DNA of 64,000 nucleotides. Origin: a virus. Below, in pieces: positions 19,217 through 29,044 of the stretch. A model generated the notes under the pieces. That model worked only from the letters and a program-made list of their open reading frames with translations. It did no database searches and was not told the origin of the DNA. The stretch's first letter is position 1, and each line of letters begins with the position of its first letter. The translations under genes were made by a program, and so were the position numbers. The stretch is taken from positions 13,349-77,348 of IMG/VR virus record IMGVR_UViG_3300045971_000409; one strand, 5' to 3'.

Positions 19217-20251
19217 ATGGCTTTTGACCACCACAAGCAGATACAAAAACTGGTAGAACTCAGCAGTAAGGAAAGCCTAGTTTTGAGAGTACTGGCCGAC
19301 CACGCTAACCATCACACAAAAAAATGCTGCCCCACATGGGAAACCATAACCAGAGAAAGTGGATTAAGTAGGGCCTCGGTGCATAGGGCTTTGGTTCTTT
19401 TGCGAGATAAAGGATACGTGACCCCCACCAAATCAGACCGCAAAGTCCAATACAATCTGGAACTGACAAACCCAAAACCACCCCAAGTAGCCATCGAATT
19501 GAAAGTAGCAGCAGTAGAGCAACGTCTCATCGGGGGAGTTTCCAAGGGCGCAGTCACGTCTCAGCTTGAGACCTGTCGCGTCTCACCGGGGGAGTTACCT
19601 ATACTTAACCTAAAAGATAATAAAAAAGAAATTCTTGGCAAACAAGTTTGCAGTTCGCAAGCTCACAAAAAATCAGAGGAGAAAATTATGAAATTTCCAG
19701 AAGGTACTTCATCCTCTGATGTATTAGGGCTAGTAGAAAAATTGAAAAACCAGAAGAAAAAGAAAACCAGTCAAGTGGGAGAAATACACACCCCCCTGAA
19801 TTTTTCTCTGGCCAAGGCAGATTTACTTTGGCGGAATCATATTCCGAAAATCTATCCGCAGATAACCATGGTCTGCCTGACGGTGAAACAAAAGGGGCAA
19901 CTCAAGTATCTGTTGACTCTGTTCACTCAAGGGCATTTGGAGGAGGACTATGCCCTCACCACGATAATCGAAAAATGGGTGGAGTTTTGTATCTACCTCA
20001 AGGGGCACTTCAACGTGTTCTATTCTCCCGCCCTACCTGACATGGGATTCCTGTTGAAGAATGGGGCCAATGCTGTCAACTTCATAATTCAGTACCAAAA
20101 TGCCACCGTAGCTCCAGTGCAATTAATTGCACAAAAACCATTCAAGGTTACTATGAAGGAAATCATACCCATAACATTGCCACCCGCAGAAGATTCTGTT
20201 ACTCTGGAAGATATCTTTAAGTGGGAGAAACTGCAAAGTAAGGCGGGCTAG
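19217..20251 (+). CDS. Replication initiator-like protein with an N-terminal winged HTH
   Basis: LVLRVLADH...CCPTWETI...SVHRALVLLRDKGYV; precedes loader and helicase genes. Confidence 0.7.
   Translation: MAFDHHKQIQKLVELSSKESLVLRVLADHANHHTKKCCPTWETITRESGLSRASVHRALVLLRDKGYVTPTKSDRKVQYNLELTNPKPPQVAIELKVAAVEQRLIGGVSKGAVTSQLETCRVSPGELPILNLKDNKKEILGKQVCSSQAHKKSEEKIMKFPEGTSSSDVLGLVEKLKNQKKKKTSQVGEIHTPLNFSLAKADLLWRNHIPKIYPQITMVCLTVKQKGQLKYLLTLFTQGHLEEDYALTTIIEKWVEFCIYLKGHFNVFYSPALPDMGFLLKNGANAVNFIIQYQNATVAPVQLIAQKPFKVTMKEIIPITLPPAEDSVTLEDIFKWEKLQSKAG
20116..20133. promoter_or_regulatory. 18-bp palindrome copy 3, inside the initiator gene
   Basis: AGTGCAATTAATTGCACA (encodes VQLIA). Confidence 0.85.
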
Positions 20252-20263
20252 AAGGAGGGCACT

Positions 20264-20860
20264 ATGAAAGTTTTAACCGAGATAGAAAAGCATGTAATCC
20301 ACTACCCACAGTATTACGTGCCGGGGGGTATACTCCAGCCGGAAACTCATTATCGACTGGCGGTAGATATCCCACGCTTTGCTCAGAGAGCCCGTATTCT
20401 ACCCAAGTTCATTTACACGTCCATGGTGTCGATTTGTGGTCAGGATGAGGTAGCATGGTTCAAGAGCATGAACACGCACGTTGACTCTGGTATTGCTGGT
20501 CTCATGTTTACGGGACTTATTCCGCACGTAGAGGACCGGATGCAAGCCATTGCTGGGGCGTGTATCCGTAACTTCATTGACGCTAGGGTTTACACCCTAC
20601 AGGAGGTAATTGAGGACCAGAAGGAGGGCTCAGTGCCTGATTGTAAGGTGCTACTCATTCCCAATTTTTACCTGAACACGGAAAGTGGGTCCAAAATAGC
20701 CGCATGGCAGTCTACTAGCCTGTTGGGATTATTGTACACTCGGTATCAGCGGGGATGCCAGACGGTAATATACGTAGAAAATATGACCTCTATGGCCAAG
20801 AGCTATGGAGGGGCCTTTAAAGCTCACTTCGACGAGCATTACACCTGTATCTCGGGTTAA
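20264..20860 (+). CDS. DnaC/IstB-like helicase loader with degenerate Walker motifs
   Basis: Position between initiator and DnaB; GLMFTG...VLLIPNF...LLYTRY...TVIY follows the DnaC pattern but lacks GKT and DD. Confidence 0.5.
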   Translation: MKVLTEIEKHVIHYPQYYVPGGILQPETHYRLAVDIPRFAQRARILPKFIYTSMVSICGQDEVAWFKSMNTHVDSGIAGLMFTGLIPHVEDRMQAIAGACIRNFIDARVYTLQEVIEDQKEGSVPDCKVLLIPNFYLNTESGSKIAAWQSTSLLGLLYTRYQRGCQTVIYVENMTSMAKSYGGAFKAHFDEHYTCISG

Positions 20861-20870
20861 GGGGTGGTTT

Positions 20871-22124
20871 ATGATTTTGGAATTCTACTCGGCTGTGCTA
20901 CAAGAGAACAAGATAAACGCCTACTTCAATTTACACCTGCTACCCGCTTATTTTCGCCAGTCTGAGACACCGCTATTCCAGTTTTTCAATGGACATTGTC
21001 AGCAGTATGGTTCTCTACCCTCCATCAATCTGGTAAACGAGTTTTTGGCGGGAACCACCGGAGACTTCCTACCTCCACCTGAAAACTGCCCGGAGTTTTA
21101 TCGGGACCAACTTCGTAATCGTTTTATAGTGGATAGCCTCAAGGAAATAGCTCAAGAGACCAAACAGAGTCTCGCCACCAAGGACCCTGAGGCAGTACTC
21201 GCTACCCACTCTGACCGTATCATCAACCTGCACCTGGAAGCCAGTGGTACCACCATCATCGACTTTCGAGACGCGGCGGACCACATCGTAAAGGAGTACA
21301 AATCAAAATTATTGCAGGGGAGCAATTACGGCATCAATATGGGTTGGCCCTATCTGGATGATATGTGTGGGGGACTACAACCGGGCGACGTGGTATCCTA
21401 TCTAGGACGTCCAGCCGCAGGCAAGACCTTTATGATGCTCTATTCGGCCCACCACGCATGGTACAATCAAGGAAAACGTACCTTGTTGATATCCATGGAG
21501 ATGAAACCCATCATCCTGGAGCAGCGGGTAGCAGCCATGCACACCCACTATAATCTGACCAAGCTGAAAAATGCGGCCATGTCTACCTCGGCCTTCAACA
21601 AGGTCGTCAAAGAGCTAACCCTCCTGAAAGGACACCCCGAACCACTATATATTGTGGATGGAAACCTGACTGCCACTATTGAGGACATTTGGCGGCTGTG
21701 TCGGCAACTCAAACCAGAAGTAGTTTACATTGATGGGGCTTATCTGGTACGCACCAAAGATAAAATGAGTCGCTGGGACAAGATAGCCTACGTAGCAGAA
21801 AATCTCAAAGCGGCCATTGCCGGGGATATCGGTACCCCCTGCGTGGCCAGTTATCAGTTTGGTCGGGACGTGGTAAAAAAGGCCAAGAAAAATGAGGAGC
21901 CAGGACTCGAAGATATTTTCGGCGGAGATGCGGTAGGACAGGTATCTTCGGTAGTCATTGGCTTCCTGGAGGATGATTCAGTCGAGACCCTAATACGACG
22001 GCGGGCGGATATCCTCAAGGGTAGAAGTGGGGAAGTAGGTCGCTTCTACATAAAGTGGCGGTTCGATTCTATGGATTTCGGCCAGTGGACAGAAGAGAAG
22101 CTGGAATCACTCCAATTTGTGTAG
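20871..22124 (+). CDS. dnaB: Replicative DnaB-family helicase
   Basis: GGLQPGD, Walker A GRPAAGKT, ISMEM, VYIDG, ILKGRSG. Confidence 0.9.
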   Translation: MILEFYSAVLQENKINAYFNLHLLPAYFRQSETPLFQFFNGHCQQYGSLPSINLVNEFLAGTTGDFLPPPENCPEFYRDQLRNRFIVDSLKEIAQETKQSLATKDPEAVLATHSDRIINLHLEASGTTIIDFRDAADHIVKEYKSKLLQGSNYGINMGWPYLDDMCGGLQPGDVVSYLGRPAAGKTFMMLYSAHHAWYNQGKRTLLISMEMKPIILEQRVAAMHTHYNLTKLKNAAMSTSAFNKVVKELTLLKGHPEPLYIVDGNLTATIEDIWRLCRQLKPEVVYIDGAYLVRTKDKMSRWDKIAYVAENLKAAIAGDIGTPCVASYQFGRDVVKKAKKNEEPGLEDIFGGDAVGQVSSVVIGFLEDDSVETLIRRRADILKGRSGEVGRFYIKWRFDSMDFGQWTEEKLESLQFV

Positions 22125-22146
22125 CATCGGTACTCAAAGGTTTTTC

Positions 22147-22175
22147 TTGACAAAACTTTCAACCTATTATATACT
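22147..22175 (+). promoter_or_regulatory. Sigma70-type promoter (TTGACAAAACT class)
   Basis: TTGACA-N17-TATACT. Confidence 0.85.
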
Positions 22176-22216
22176 CTTTCCATAAACAACCAACCACCCC
22201 ACGGAGGTACAACATC

Positions 22217-22720
22217 ATGGCAGTCACCAAAGTCGTCGTCAAAACGGGAGTCAAAGCGGCCACCAAGAACGTGGAAGCGGAGCAGGTAGCCCAGGCCGCC
22301 AAGCAGCAGGAAGACCTGACTCTCATGCGCCAGAGCATCGAGGTCTACGGGACCCTCATGGATGAGGTAGCCAAGATTAAGCCCACCATGGATAAAGCGG
22401 ATATCGTAAAAAAAGAATTACTGGCTTTCGCGGACGAATTATTTGACCCCGCGGATAAGCCCACGGTTACATCCGACCACTACGTTCTCTCCATCGGCCA
22501 GAAGGGTAATATGTCGGAACTGGTACCCAACGGGGCAGCCATGGTTCTGGAGAAATTGCAGAAGCAGCATGACCCCAAGGAAGGTCTCGCCATCTTCCTG
22601 CAACTGGTCAGTATCACCATGACCGACCTCAAAAAGTATTTTACTGAGGTGGAACTGGCCTCCCTGCTCAAAACAGAGCGCAGGAAAGCTCGCACCCTTT
22701 CTGTATCGCCCAAGCTGTAA
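22217..22720 (+). CDS. Hypothetical protein (coiled-coil N-terminus, possibly Gam/gp157-like)
   Basis: Own promoter and RBS GGAGGT; the family call is weak. Confidence 0.55.
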   Translation: MAVTKVVVKTGVKAATKNVEAEQVAQAAKQQEDLTLMRQSIEVYGTLMDEVAKIKPTMDKADIVKKELLAFADELFDPADKPTVTSDHYVLSIGQKGNMSELVPNGAAMVLEKLQKQHDPKEGLAIFLQLVSITMTDLKKYFTEVELASLLKTERRKARTLSVSPKL

Positions 22721-22745
22721 TCACTACCCCCCAAAGGAGAATAGT

Positions 22746-22892
22746 ATGAAGGGATCAGAGGACGTAAAAACGGTCATGTTCACCCCGCACGAGAAAAAAC
22801 ACACCATCACCGAACTGAAATCTGTACTGGCTGGGCTGGGCAAGGGTAACAACCCGTATCTGGAAAAACTGTTGAAGGAACTTGAATCCTGA
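22746..22892 (+). CDS. 48-aa hypothetical protein not in the ORF track
   Basis: RBS AAAGGAG; MKGSEDVK...KELES*. Confidence 0.55.
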   Translation: MKGSEDVKTVMFTPHEKKHTITELKSVLAGLGKGNNPYLEKLLKELES

Positions 22893-23168
22893 TTAAGGGG
22901 TGCGCCAGTCACAACGGTAGGCGATAAATGGGGTGTGTACCACCAGCCTCTCAGATTACAACTACAGGAGTATTATCGTGTGTACTTATCGGTCAGAAGT
23001 AATAATGTCCCTCATCGTTTTGCTCTTCGCGTTTCTTATGCTGTTTCTTTTGTACCATGTAAATAGGTCCCGCGTGAACATGCCAGATGCGTGTGCCGCC
23101 CGTGGCGGGATAGTTGTGCAGACCAACCACGGATATATGTGCCTGGACGTAAAACCCAAATAACCCAA

Positions 23169-23186
23169 TTTGCAATTAATTGCACA
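23169..23186. promoter_or_regulatory. 18-bp palindrome copy 4, intergenic
   Basis: TTTGCAATTAATTGCACA, 5 bp before the SD hairpin at 23192. Confidence 0.85.
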
Positions 23187-23205
23187 AGAACTACACGGAG
23201 GTACC

Positions 23206-23520
23206 ATGGGCAGCCCAAGACCCCAAGGAAATCGGGACTATAAGACCCGAGTAGTTTACACTGACCAGCCGCGCTACTGTGCTTACACCAAATGTGGACT
23301 TTTGCTCGTTCAGCGGGAAGGGGAAAACCCCTCTCGATTTTACGGCCGAGAGACCTGTAACCGGGTGTGCGGGCATGGTTTATCCGCGGAAAGAAAAGCA
23401 GAAGCCATGCACATCCAAAACACACCCACACCCCGAGCAGAAGTCTTATCCCTGGAATCGGCACCACAACACGTTCAAGATGCCATAGCGCGTAGACGTC
23501 AACAAGGAGCCCTTCGGTAA
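23206..23520 (+). CDS. Small Cys-containing (putative Zn-binding) protein
   Basis: Start after GGAGGT; CAYTKC...CNRVC. Confidence 0.55.
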   Translation: MGSPRPQGNRDYKTRVVYTDQPRYCAYTKCGLLLVQREGENPSRFYGRETCNRVCGHGLSAERKAEAMHIQNTPTPRAEVLSLESAPQHVQDAIARRRQQGALR

Positions 23521-24482
23521 TGTTACTCCCGGCAGTAGAGCATCTGCTCTCTATCCTCGGGGTTAAGGACCACGGCTTACGTCCTGGCTGGGTGACCTTC
23601 TCGTGTCCGTTTGCCTTCTGGACTCACGCGGGCAGTACGGATAGTAGTCCTTCCTTCGGCATATCCTTTGAGGCCAACAGTCGAGCACACTGTTTCTCGT
23701 GCCCCGAGACTGGCAGTGCCTTGGGTATGGTCATGCGTTTGGTTGAGTGGCAGAAGAAACAGCCCAATCCGCGGTATACCAATGAGCAACTCAAAGAGGC
23801 GGTAGAATTCGTGTCCCAAGAGGAGCCGGAGGATTCTACCTCTGAATTCGATTTCCCGTCCTTCGATTCTCTGCAAGAAATCAATACGGTCAAACCGTTG
23901 ATACCCTTCCCCGAGGATTGGCTATCATCCTTCCTCTCAGGAGCTAATCATGTCTATCGAGTCAGTAGAGGCATCTCCCTGGAAACTGCCTACCGTTTCG
24001 ATATCAGGTATGACACCCTACTCAAGCGACTATGCTTCCCCCTCCGCAGTATTACCGGAACCCTCTATGGGATGCAGGGCCGTGATGTTACTGGAAAACA
24101 GCAACCCAAGTACCATTTTTACGATTACAAGGGCATCAAGAATCCTGTGGTGTGGGGTAACGAGCAGCACGTAGACCTGTCAGAGCCACTCATCATCACC
24201 GAGGGTTTCCCGGACGCGGCCAAGATAGATACGGCTGGTTTCCGTAACGTGGTGGCCTGTCTCACGTCTAAATTCAGTCGTCACAAATACGAGCGACTCC
24301 AAGATGCCAAGAATATCATTACCTTCTTCGATTATGGTACCGGTGGGGACACAGGCAGACTCCTGGTGGAACGCTATTGGAAGCACGCCCACGTCATGCA
24401 CGTTATACCCGACGAGGAAGAAAAAGACGCGGGCAACATGAGCGTAGAAGCAATACAGGAGGTACTACATGGACTCGTCTGA
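23520..24482 (+). CDS. DNA primase (Zn-binding plus TOPRIM domain)
   Basis: CPF..H...CFSC Zn finger; FPLR...GMQGR; IITEGFPD; FFDYGTGG; KDAG. Confidence 0.88.
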   Translation: MLLPAVEHLLSILGVKDHGLRPGWVTFSCPFAFWTHAGSTDSSPSFGISFEANSRAHCFSCPETGSALGMVMRLVEWQKKQPNPRYTNEQLKEAVEFVSQEEPEDSTSEFDFPSFDSLQEINTVKPLIPFPEDWLSSFLSGANHVYRVSRGISLETAYRFDIRYDTLLKRLCFPLRSITGTLYGMQGRDVTGKQQPKYHFYDYKGIKNPVVWGNEQHVDLSEPLIITEGFPDAAKIDTAGFRNVVACLTSKFSRHKYERLQDAKNIITFFDYGTGGDTGRLLVERYWKHAHVMHVIPDEEEKDAGNMSVEAIQEVLHGLV

Positions 24483-24774
24483 TTGGATACCTGTTACCCA
24501 GAAATTCCCCGAGAGTGGTAAAAAAGTAATCGCCTATTACGAAAATGAACTAGGGAAGCCTCGTCGTATCATGGCGTACTACGCGGCCAAGTACGATGTA
24601 GAATCTGACATGGGGGACCAAACCGACGTATACGAGTATTGCGAAGAAAAAGACCTGTATTTTTTGGTTCCTGGGTGGTACGAGAATAACGAGTTCGATG
24701 AGGTAAATTACGCGGTCACAGCGGAGATAACTCACTGGATGAGTCTACCCCCACCGCCCAAAAAAAGAACCTAA
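24469..24774 (+). CDS. DUF551-like protein
   Basis: WIPVTQKFPE...ITHWMSLPPPP. Confidence 0.8.
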   Translation: MDSSDWIPVTQKFPESGKKVIAYYENELGKPRRIMAYYAAKYDVESDMGDQTDVYEYCEEKDLYFLVPGWYENNEFDEVNYAVTAEITHWMSLPPPPKKRT

Positions 24775-24783
24775 AGATATATC

Positions 24784-24812
24784 TTGACAAAACTTTCAGG
24801 CTATATTATACT
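24784..24812 (+). promoter_or_regulatory. Sigma70-type promoter (TTGACAAAACT class)
   Basis: TTGACA-N17-TATACT. Confidence 0.85.
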
Positions 24813-24868
24813 TTTACCATCACCACCCCCCATAGGGGACAAACGCCCATCGGGCAATGGAGGCCATC

Positions 24869-25654
24869 ATGGCACTAATTAAGACCATCGGTAGTAAGGC
24901 AATCACACCAGCAACACCGGCAGAGACCAAGAAGTTCGCACCATCCGCCCCGCCCACAGGTATCCCCAAGTGGGGAGTAACTGGCAAGGCGGCCCAAGCT
25001 AAAATGGCCGAAGAGCAGGCCAAGTTCGACAAGAAGACAGAAGAAATGAAGCGCATGTGGCGTTTCTGGATGAATGGGGGGGAATCAGGGCAGATCACCT
25101 TCCTCGACGGCATGCTGGATGAGTTTGGTGTCCTCCAGGGCCTCACGTTCTACGAGCACAATCTCAAACTCAACGGCAAGTGGGGCAACTACTTCATTTG
25201 CATCGGGGAGTGGGAGCCCTGCCCGATTTGCGAGGGCGGCGACGAATCTCGACTGGTCACGGCTTTCACTATCATCGACCACCGCGAGTACAAGGGCAAA
25301 AAGGCTGTCTACAAGGATACCCGCAAGCTCTACGTCTGCAAAAAAGGTACTCTGGAAATCCTCCAGAAGCGGGCCTCCAAACAAGGAGCCACTGGTCTCG
25401 CGGGATGCACGTTCGACCTTACCCGTACCAGTGCTGATGAGGTCAATGTCGGCAATGATATCGAGTTCGTGGTCAAGCGGTCCAAGGACGAGCTTATCAA
25501 AGCCTACCCGTCCCTCAAGGATGAAATGATGCCCGCGGACTACAATGCTGAAATCCCGTATCACAACCGGGAAGAATTACTGGCCCTGGGCTTCGGTACC
25601 ACTGGCCACGTAATCGGCAAAGAGACCTCGGCTCCGGGTAACTACAACTTCTAA
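24869..25654 (+). CDS. Single-stranded DNA-binding protein (gp32-like, Zn-binding)
   Basis: RFW...ITFLD...EH...C..EPCPIC...TIID...GCTFDLTR; replication context. Confidence 0.7.
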   Translation: MALIKTIGSKAITPATPAETKKFAPSAPPTGIPKWGVTGKAAQAKMAEEQAKFDKKTEEMKRMWRFWMNGGESGQITFLDGMLDEFGVLQGLTFYEHNLKLNGKWGNYFICIGEWEPCPICEGGDESRLVTAFTIIDHREYKGKKAVYKDTRKLYVCKKGTLEILQKRASKQGATGLAGCTFDLTRTSADEVNVGNDIEFVVKRSKDELIKAYPSLKDEMMPADYNAEIPYHNREELLALGFGTTGHVIGKETSAPGNYNF

Positions 25655-26080
25655 CCGACAAGGCGGGTCTGCTTTTGCAGCCCCCATAGAAGGGGACTTG
25701 GCCCCTTGCCCGCCTCGTTGTATTACATGGAGGTACCATGCTCAACGATACTTGCGTGCTTTACAAGGTAGGAGATACCCCCTACGTGGGACCGGATGCA
25801 GACTCAGGACCGGGCTACCCTATTGGAACTCAGGTGCGGATTATAGAAGTGTATCCCGAGGATAACCACTATCAGGTAGAGCCGGTTGACCCCGAGCTTC
25901 ACCGACTGTACCGACACTGGTACTATGCAGATTATGAACTGCGTACGGAGATACCATGATAGAGATTGATCTAAGCAGCGTAGATAAGCCCATCATCAAG
26001 GTAGAAGGGGTTGAAGTACAAGATATATGTACTTCTCTCAATCTATCCGTAGACGCAAAGACTTTAATGCCTACTGTAAA

Positions 26081-26098
26081 ATTGCAATTAATTGCACC
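26081..26098. promoter_or_regulatory. 18-bp palindrome copy 5, inside ORF 25956-26216
   Basis: ATTGCAATTAATTGCACC. Confidence 0.75.
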
Positions 26099-26217
26099 GA
26101 CCATGAGCCCTATTCATGTAGACCGGTATCAAATTATTTTTGATTTGTCGGGTACCAGTTTGCAGGTAGCAAAAGCACTTAATACCGCCGTTCGAGAGAG
26201 GCTAGGACTTAGTTGAT

Positions 26218-26730
26218 ATGAATTACTGGGTAACAGCAGACACGCATCTGGGGCACATGGCCATGATTGAAAAATGTGGCCGTCCCGACGACTTCTCCCG
26301 CAGGATTGTAAATAATACCGCGGCTATAGTACAAGAGGGGGACGTGCTCATACATCTTGGAGACTTCTGCCTGTATGCGGACGAGTTCTGGAATGAGCAA
26401 TTCTCCTCCAAGGTACTAGGCAAGCACTGGCTAGTCAGGGGGAATCATGACCGCAAGACCTCTTCGTGGTATCTCTCTCGGGGGTGGGATTGCGTAGTAG
26501 AACGCTTGGATATGTCCCTTTTTGGGGTGGATATAGCCTTCACCCACCGGCCAGTGTGGCCCCACATGCTTGAGGCGGGCCAACTGAATATCCACGGGCA
26601 TCACCACAACACTCGGCACCACCCCGAAGATGAAGTTACCTTCCAGCATCGCTGCATTAATGTTGAGGACAACAACTACGGGCCGATAAATTTACGCAGG
26701 GTGATAGAAACCTGGGGGAAGAAATGCTAG
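26218..26730 (+). CDS. Calcineurin-like metallophosphoesterase
   Basis: DTHLGH, HLGDF, GNHD, THRP, HGHHH. Confidence 0.9.
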   Translation: MNYWVTADTHLGHMAMIEKCGRPDDFSRRIVNNTAAIVQEGDVLIHLGDFCLYADEFWNEQFSSKVLGKHWLVRGNHDRKTSSWYLSRGWDCVVERLDMSLFGVDIAFTHRPVWPHMLEAGQLNIHGHHHNTRHHPEDEVTFQHRCINVEDNNYGPINLRRVIETWGKKC

Positions 26731-28991
26731 GGCAACCACTCATGACCGCTGCGGCGGCAATCTACCCTTACAAGACGGGCATGGAGAAGAAGTACACCCA
26801 TGTGTCCCGCTACGGTGACCCCTTCGTCACTTACAAGTTGTCGGGGTACGGGGGCAACGCCTCCATCCACCTGCCACGGGCCATTTGTCCTATCGGCAAA
26901 CTGGATAAGCGAGTAGTGGGGATACCGGTGTCCTTCCCCAAGGCCAACTTCATTCCCCGTAATGAGGACCAGTCTGAGGCCGTAGATTACTGCTCCCAAC
27001 TGCTACAAGGGGACGAGTCACACATCCTGGAAGCCCCCACGGGATGTCTTGTGGGTAGTACCGAGATAATTGTAAACAGGGCGGGGAAATCCGTAAGGAC
27101 TACTCTGGAAGAAGCCTACCGCCACACGCACCCACCAACACCTGTACCTGAGGGCTATTGTTTTTGTGGGTGCGGAGGAAAGACAACAGTACCCGAGAGA
27201 ACTAGAAGTCCAAAACGTCCCAAGGGAGTACCCTCTAAGTTTTTATTCAAGCATGAGGGTAGAGTTCGTCAATGGAAAAACAGCATGCAGGTACGGTCTT
27301 TTTTAGGTACCCATATAGGGCTAAACAAGGCTAATGCGGTAGTACAATCGGGGGTGAAAGAGGTATACCGCCTTACTCTAGGGGATTGTAATTTTTTGGT
27401 GGGAACTAAAGACCACCCCATAATGACTACAGAAGGTTTCGTGCCTCTGGGGGACCTAACCCCTGACCACATGGTTATGTGTGATCGAGTACGCCCCACA
27501 AAGCAGGTAACTAAGGCCCCCAAAGTACGAGACAAGTATATCAATAACATGTGGAAGCACCCGTTTGCTGTACGCATAAGGACCACAAAAGAGGCCCGAG
27601 GGTACACCCGCAGAGTAGCCCTGCACGTAGCGATATTTGAGGCCAGGACCAATAAATTGTCACTGGATGATTACATCACCGTATGCAGACTAGGTAAGAC
27701 GTCCAATCTTGATTTGGTAGACCCTTCGATTTACGTGATACACCATAAGGATGGTAACCACAGCAACAATAGTATTGATAATTTGCAAAAGATGTTGAGG
27801 GAAGACCACTACAGCCACCATGCTTCACCGCAGAATTTTGGAAATATGGTACCTTATTACGTTCCTGTGGAGTCAGTTGTGTATGTGGGTGAGGAAATGA
27901 CCTACGACATACAGTGCGAGGCCCCTCACCACAATTTTGTAGCCAATGGTATTGTAGTACACAATTCCGGCAAGACTTTCATGGGTATGGCCATTGCCGC
28001 CAACATGGGGCTCTGTACCCTAGTCGTGGTACCCAAGACTGACCTCGTGGACCAGTGGATAGTGGCAGCCAAAGGAGTGCTAGGACTCACCGATTCAGAG
28101 ATAGGCATTGTCAAAGGGGACAAGTGTTCCTATGAGGGCAAGAAGCTGGTCATTGGGTTGGTACACTCTCTGTGCAAAGAGGGTCGTTATCCAGACGCGC
28201 TCTACCGTCAATTCGGCCTCATCATCTTCGATGAAGTACACGTTATGGGAGCAGAAACCTTCTCCGAATTGGTCTGGCTATTCCCTGCCAAGTACCGACT
28301 GGGACTGTCGGCTACCCCCTACCGTAAAGATGGACGAGAGAGGCTGTTTACGGACCACATCGGGCAAGTCCTAGTGCGTATCGAGGGTAATGAATTACCC
28401 TTCCGTATTTTCCGCAAAGAGACCGGCTGGAAAGTACCCCGAGTCAAAAAGAAAAATCCCCAGACGGGAGCCTACGATATCATTCAACTGCCCCACAGTG
28501 CTGGAAAGCTCATGCACATTTTCAAGCTCATGGCAGGCAACGAGAAACGTAATTCGATCATTGGGGACTTCGTGGCCAAGGCTTATACCGCAGGGAGAAA
28601 CATTCTGGTAGTATCGGACCTCAAGGAAGATCACCTGGACCGACTCTACGCCCTCTTCGCCAAGCTCGGAGTGGCTCGTAAGGACATGGGCTACTACGTG
28701 GGCACCATGTCTAAGAAAGACTTGGAGATTTCCAAAGCCAAGCAGGTAATACTGGCTACGTACGGGATGATTAACTTCGGGACCAATATCCCGTGGCTAG
28801 ATACTCTAGTAATGGCTACCCCCAGGTCGGACGTAGTACAAATCGTGGGACGTATTCTGCGGGAATATCCTGACAAATCGGTACCCATAGTCTTCGACCC
28901 GGTAGATAGTGATAGTTCAGTAATGGCCAGTTATGCGGCCACTAGAAGAAAATGGTACCTCAGCAAAGAAACCACGATAGAAGAGCATTGA
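26724..28991 (+). CDS. Superfamily 2 helicase (UvsW/XPB-like) interrupted by an intein
   Basis: Walker A APTG|SGKT split by the intein; DEVH; GLSATPYRKDG; QIVGRILR. Confidence 0.92.
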   Translation: MLGQPLMTAAAAIYPYKTGMEKKYTHVSRYGDPFVTYKLSGYGGNASIHLPRAICPIGKLDKRVVGIPVSFPKANFIPRNEDQSEAVDYCSQLLQGDESHILEAPTGCLVGSTEIIVNRAGKSVRTTLEEAYRHTHPPTPVPEGYCFCGCGGKTTVPERTRSPKRPKGVPSKFLFKHEGRVRQWKNSMQVRSFLGTHIGLNKANAVVQSGVKEVYRLTLGDCNFLVGTKDHPIMTTEGFVPLGDLTPDHMVMCDRVRPTKQVTKAPKVRDKYINNMWKHPFAVRIRTTKEARGYTRRVALHVAIFEARTNKLSLDDYITVCRLGKTSNLDLVDPSIYVIHHKDGNHSNNSIDNLQKMLREDHYSHHASPQNFGNMVPYYVPVESVVYVGEEMTYDIQCEAPHHNFVANGIVVHNSGKTFMGMAIAANMGLCTLVVVPKTDLVDQWIVAAKGVLGLTDSEIGIVKGDKCSYEGKKLVIGLVHSLCKEGRYPDALYRQFGLIIFDEVHVMGAETFSELVWLFPAKYRLGLSATPYRKDGRERLFTDHIGQVLVRIEGNELPFRIFRKETGWKVPRVKKKNPQTGAYDIIQLPHSAGKLMHIFKLMAGNEKRNSIIGDFVAKAYTAGRNILVVSDLKEDHLDRLYALFAKLGVARKDMGYYVGTMSKKDLEISKAKQVILATYGMINFGTNIPWLDTLVMATPRSDVVQIVGRILREYPDKSVPIVFDPVDSDSSVMASYAATRRKWYLSKETTIEEH
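27045..27965 (+). mobile_element. 307-aa intein with an HNH homing endonuclease
   Basis: Starts CLVGSTEI; block B GTKDHPIMT; HHKDGNHSNNSIDNL; ends TYDIQCEAPHHNFVANGIVVHN followed by Ser+1. Confidence 0.93.
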
Positions 28992-29016
28992 CAAAACTGT
29001 CAACACTAGGTACACT
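28988..29016 (+). promoter_or_regulatory. Sigma70-type promoter (TTGACAAAACT class)
   Basis: TTGACA-N17-TACACT. Confidence 0.75.
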
Positions 29017-29044
29017 CCGGGTATCTATTTTCAAGGAGGACAAT

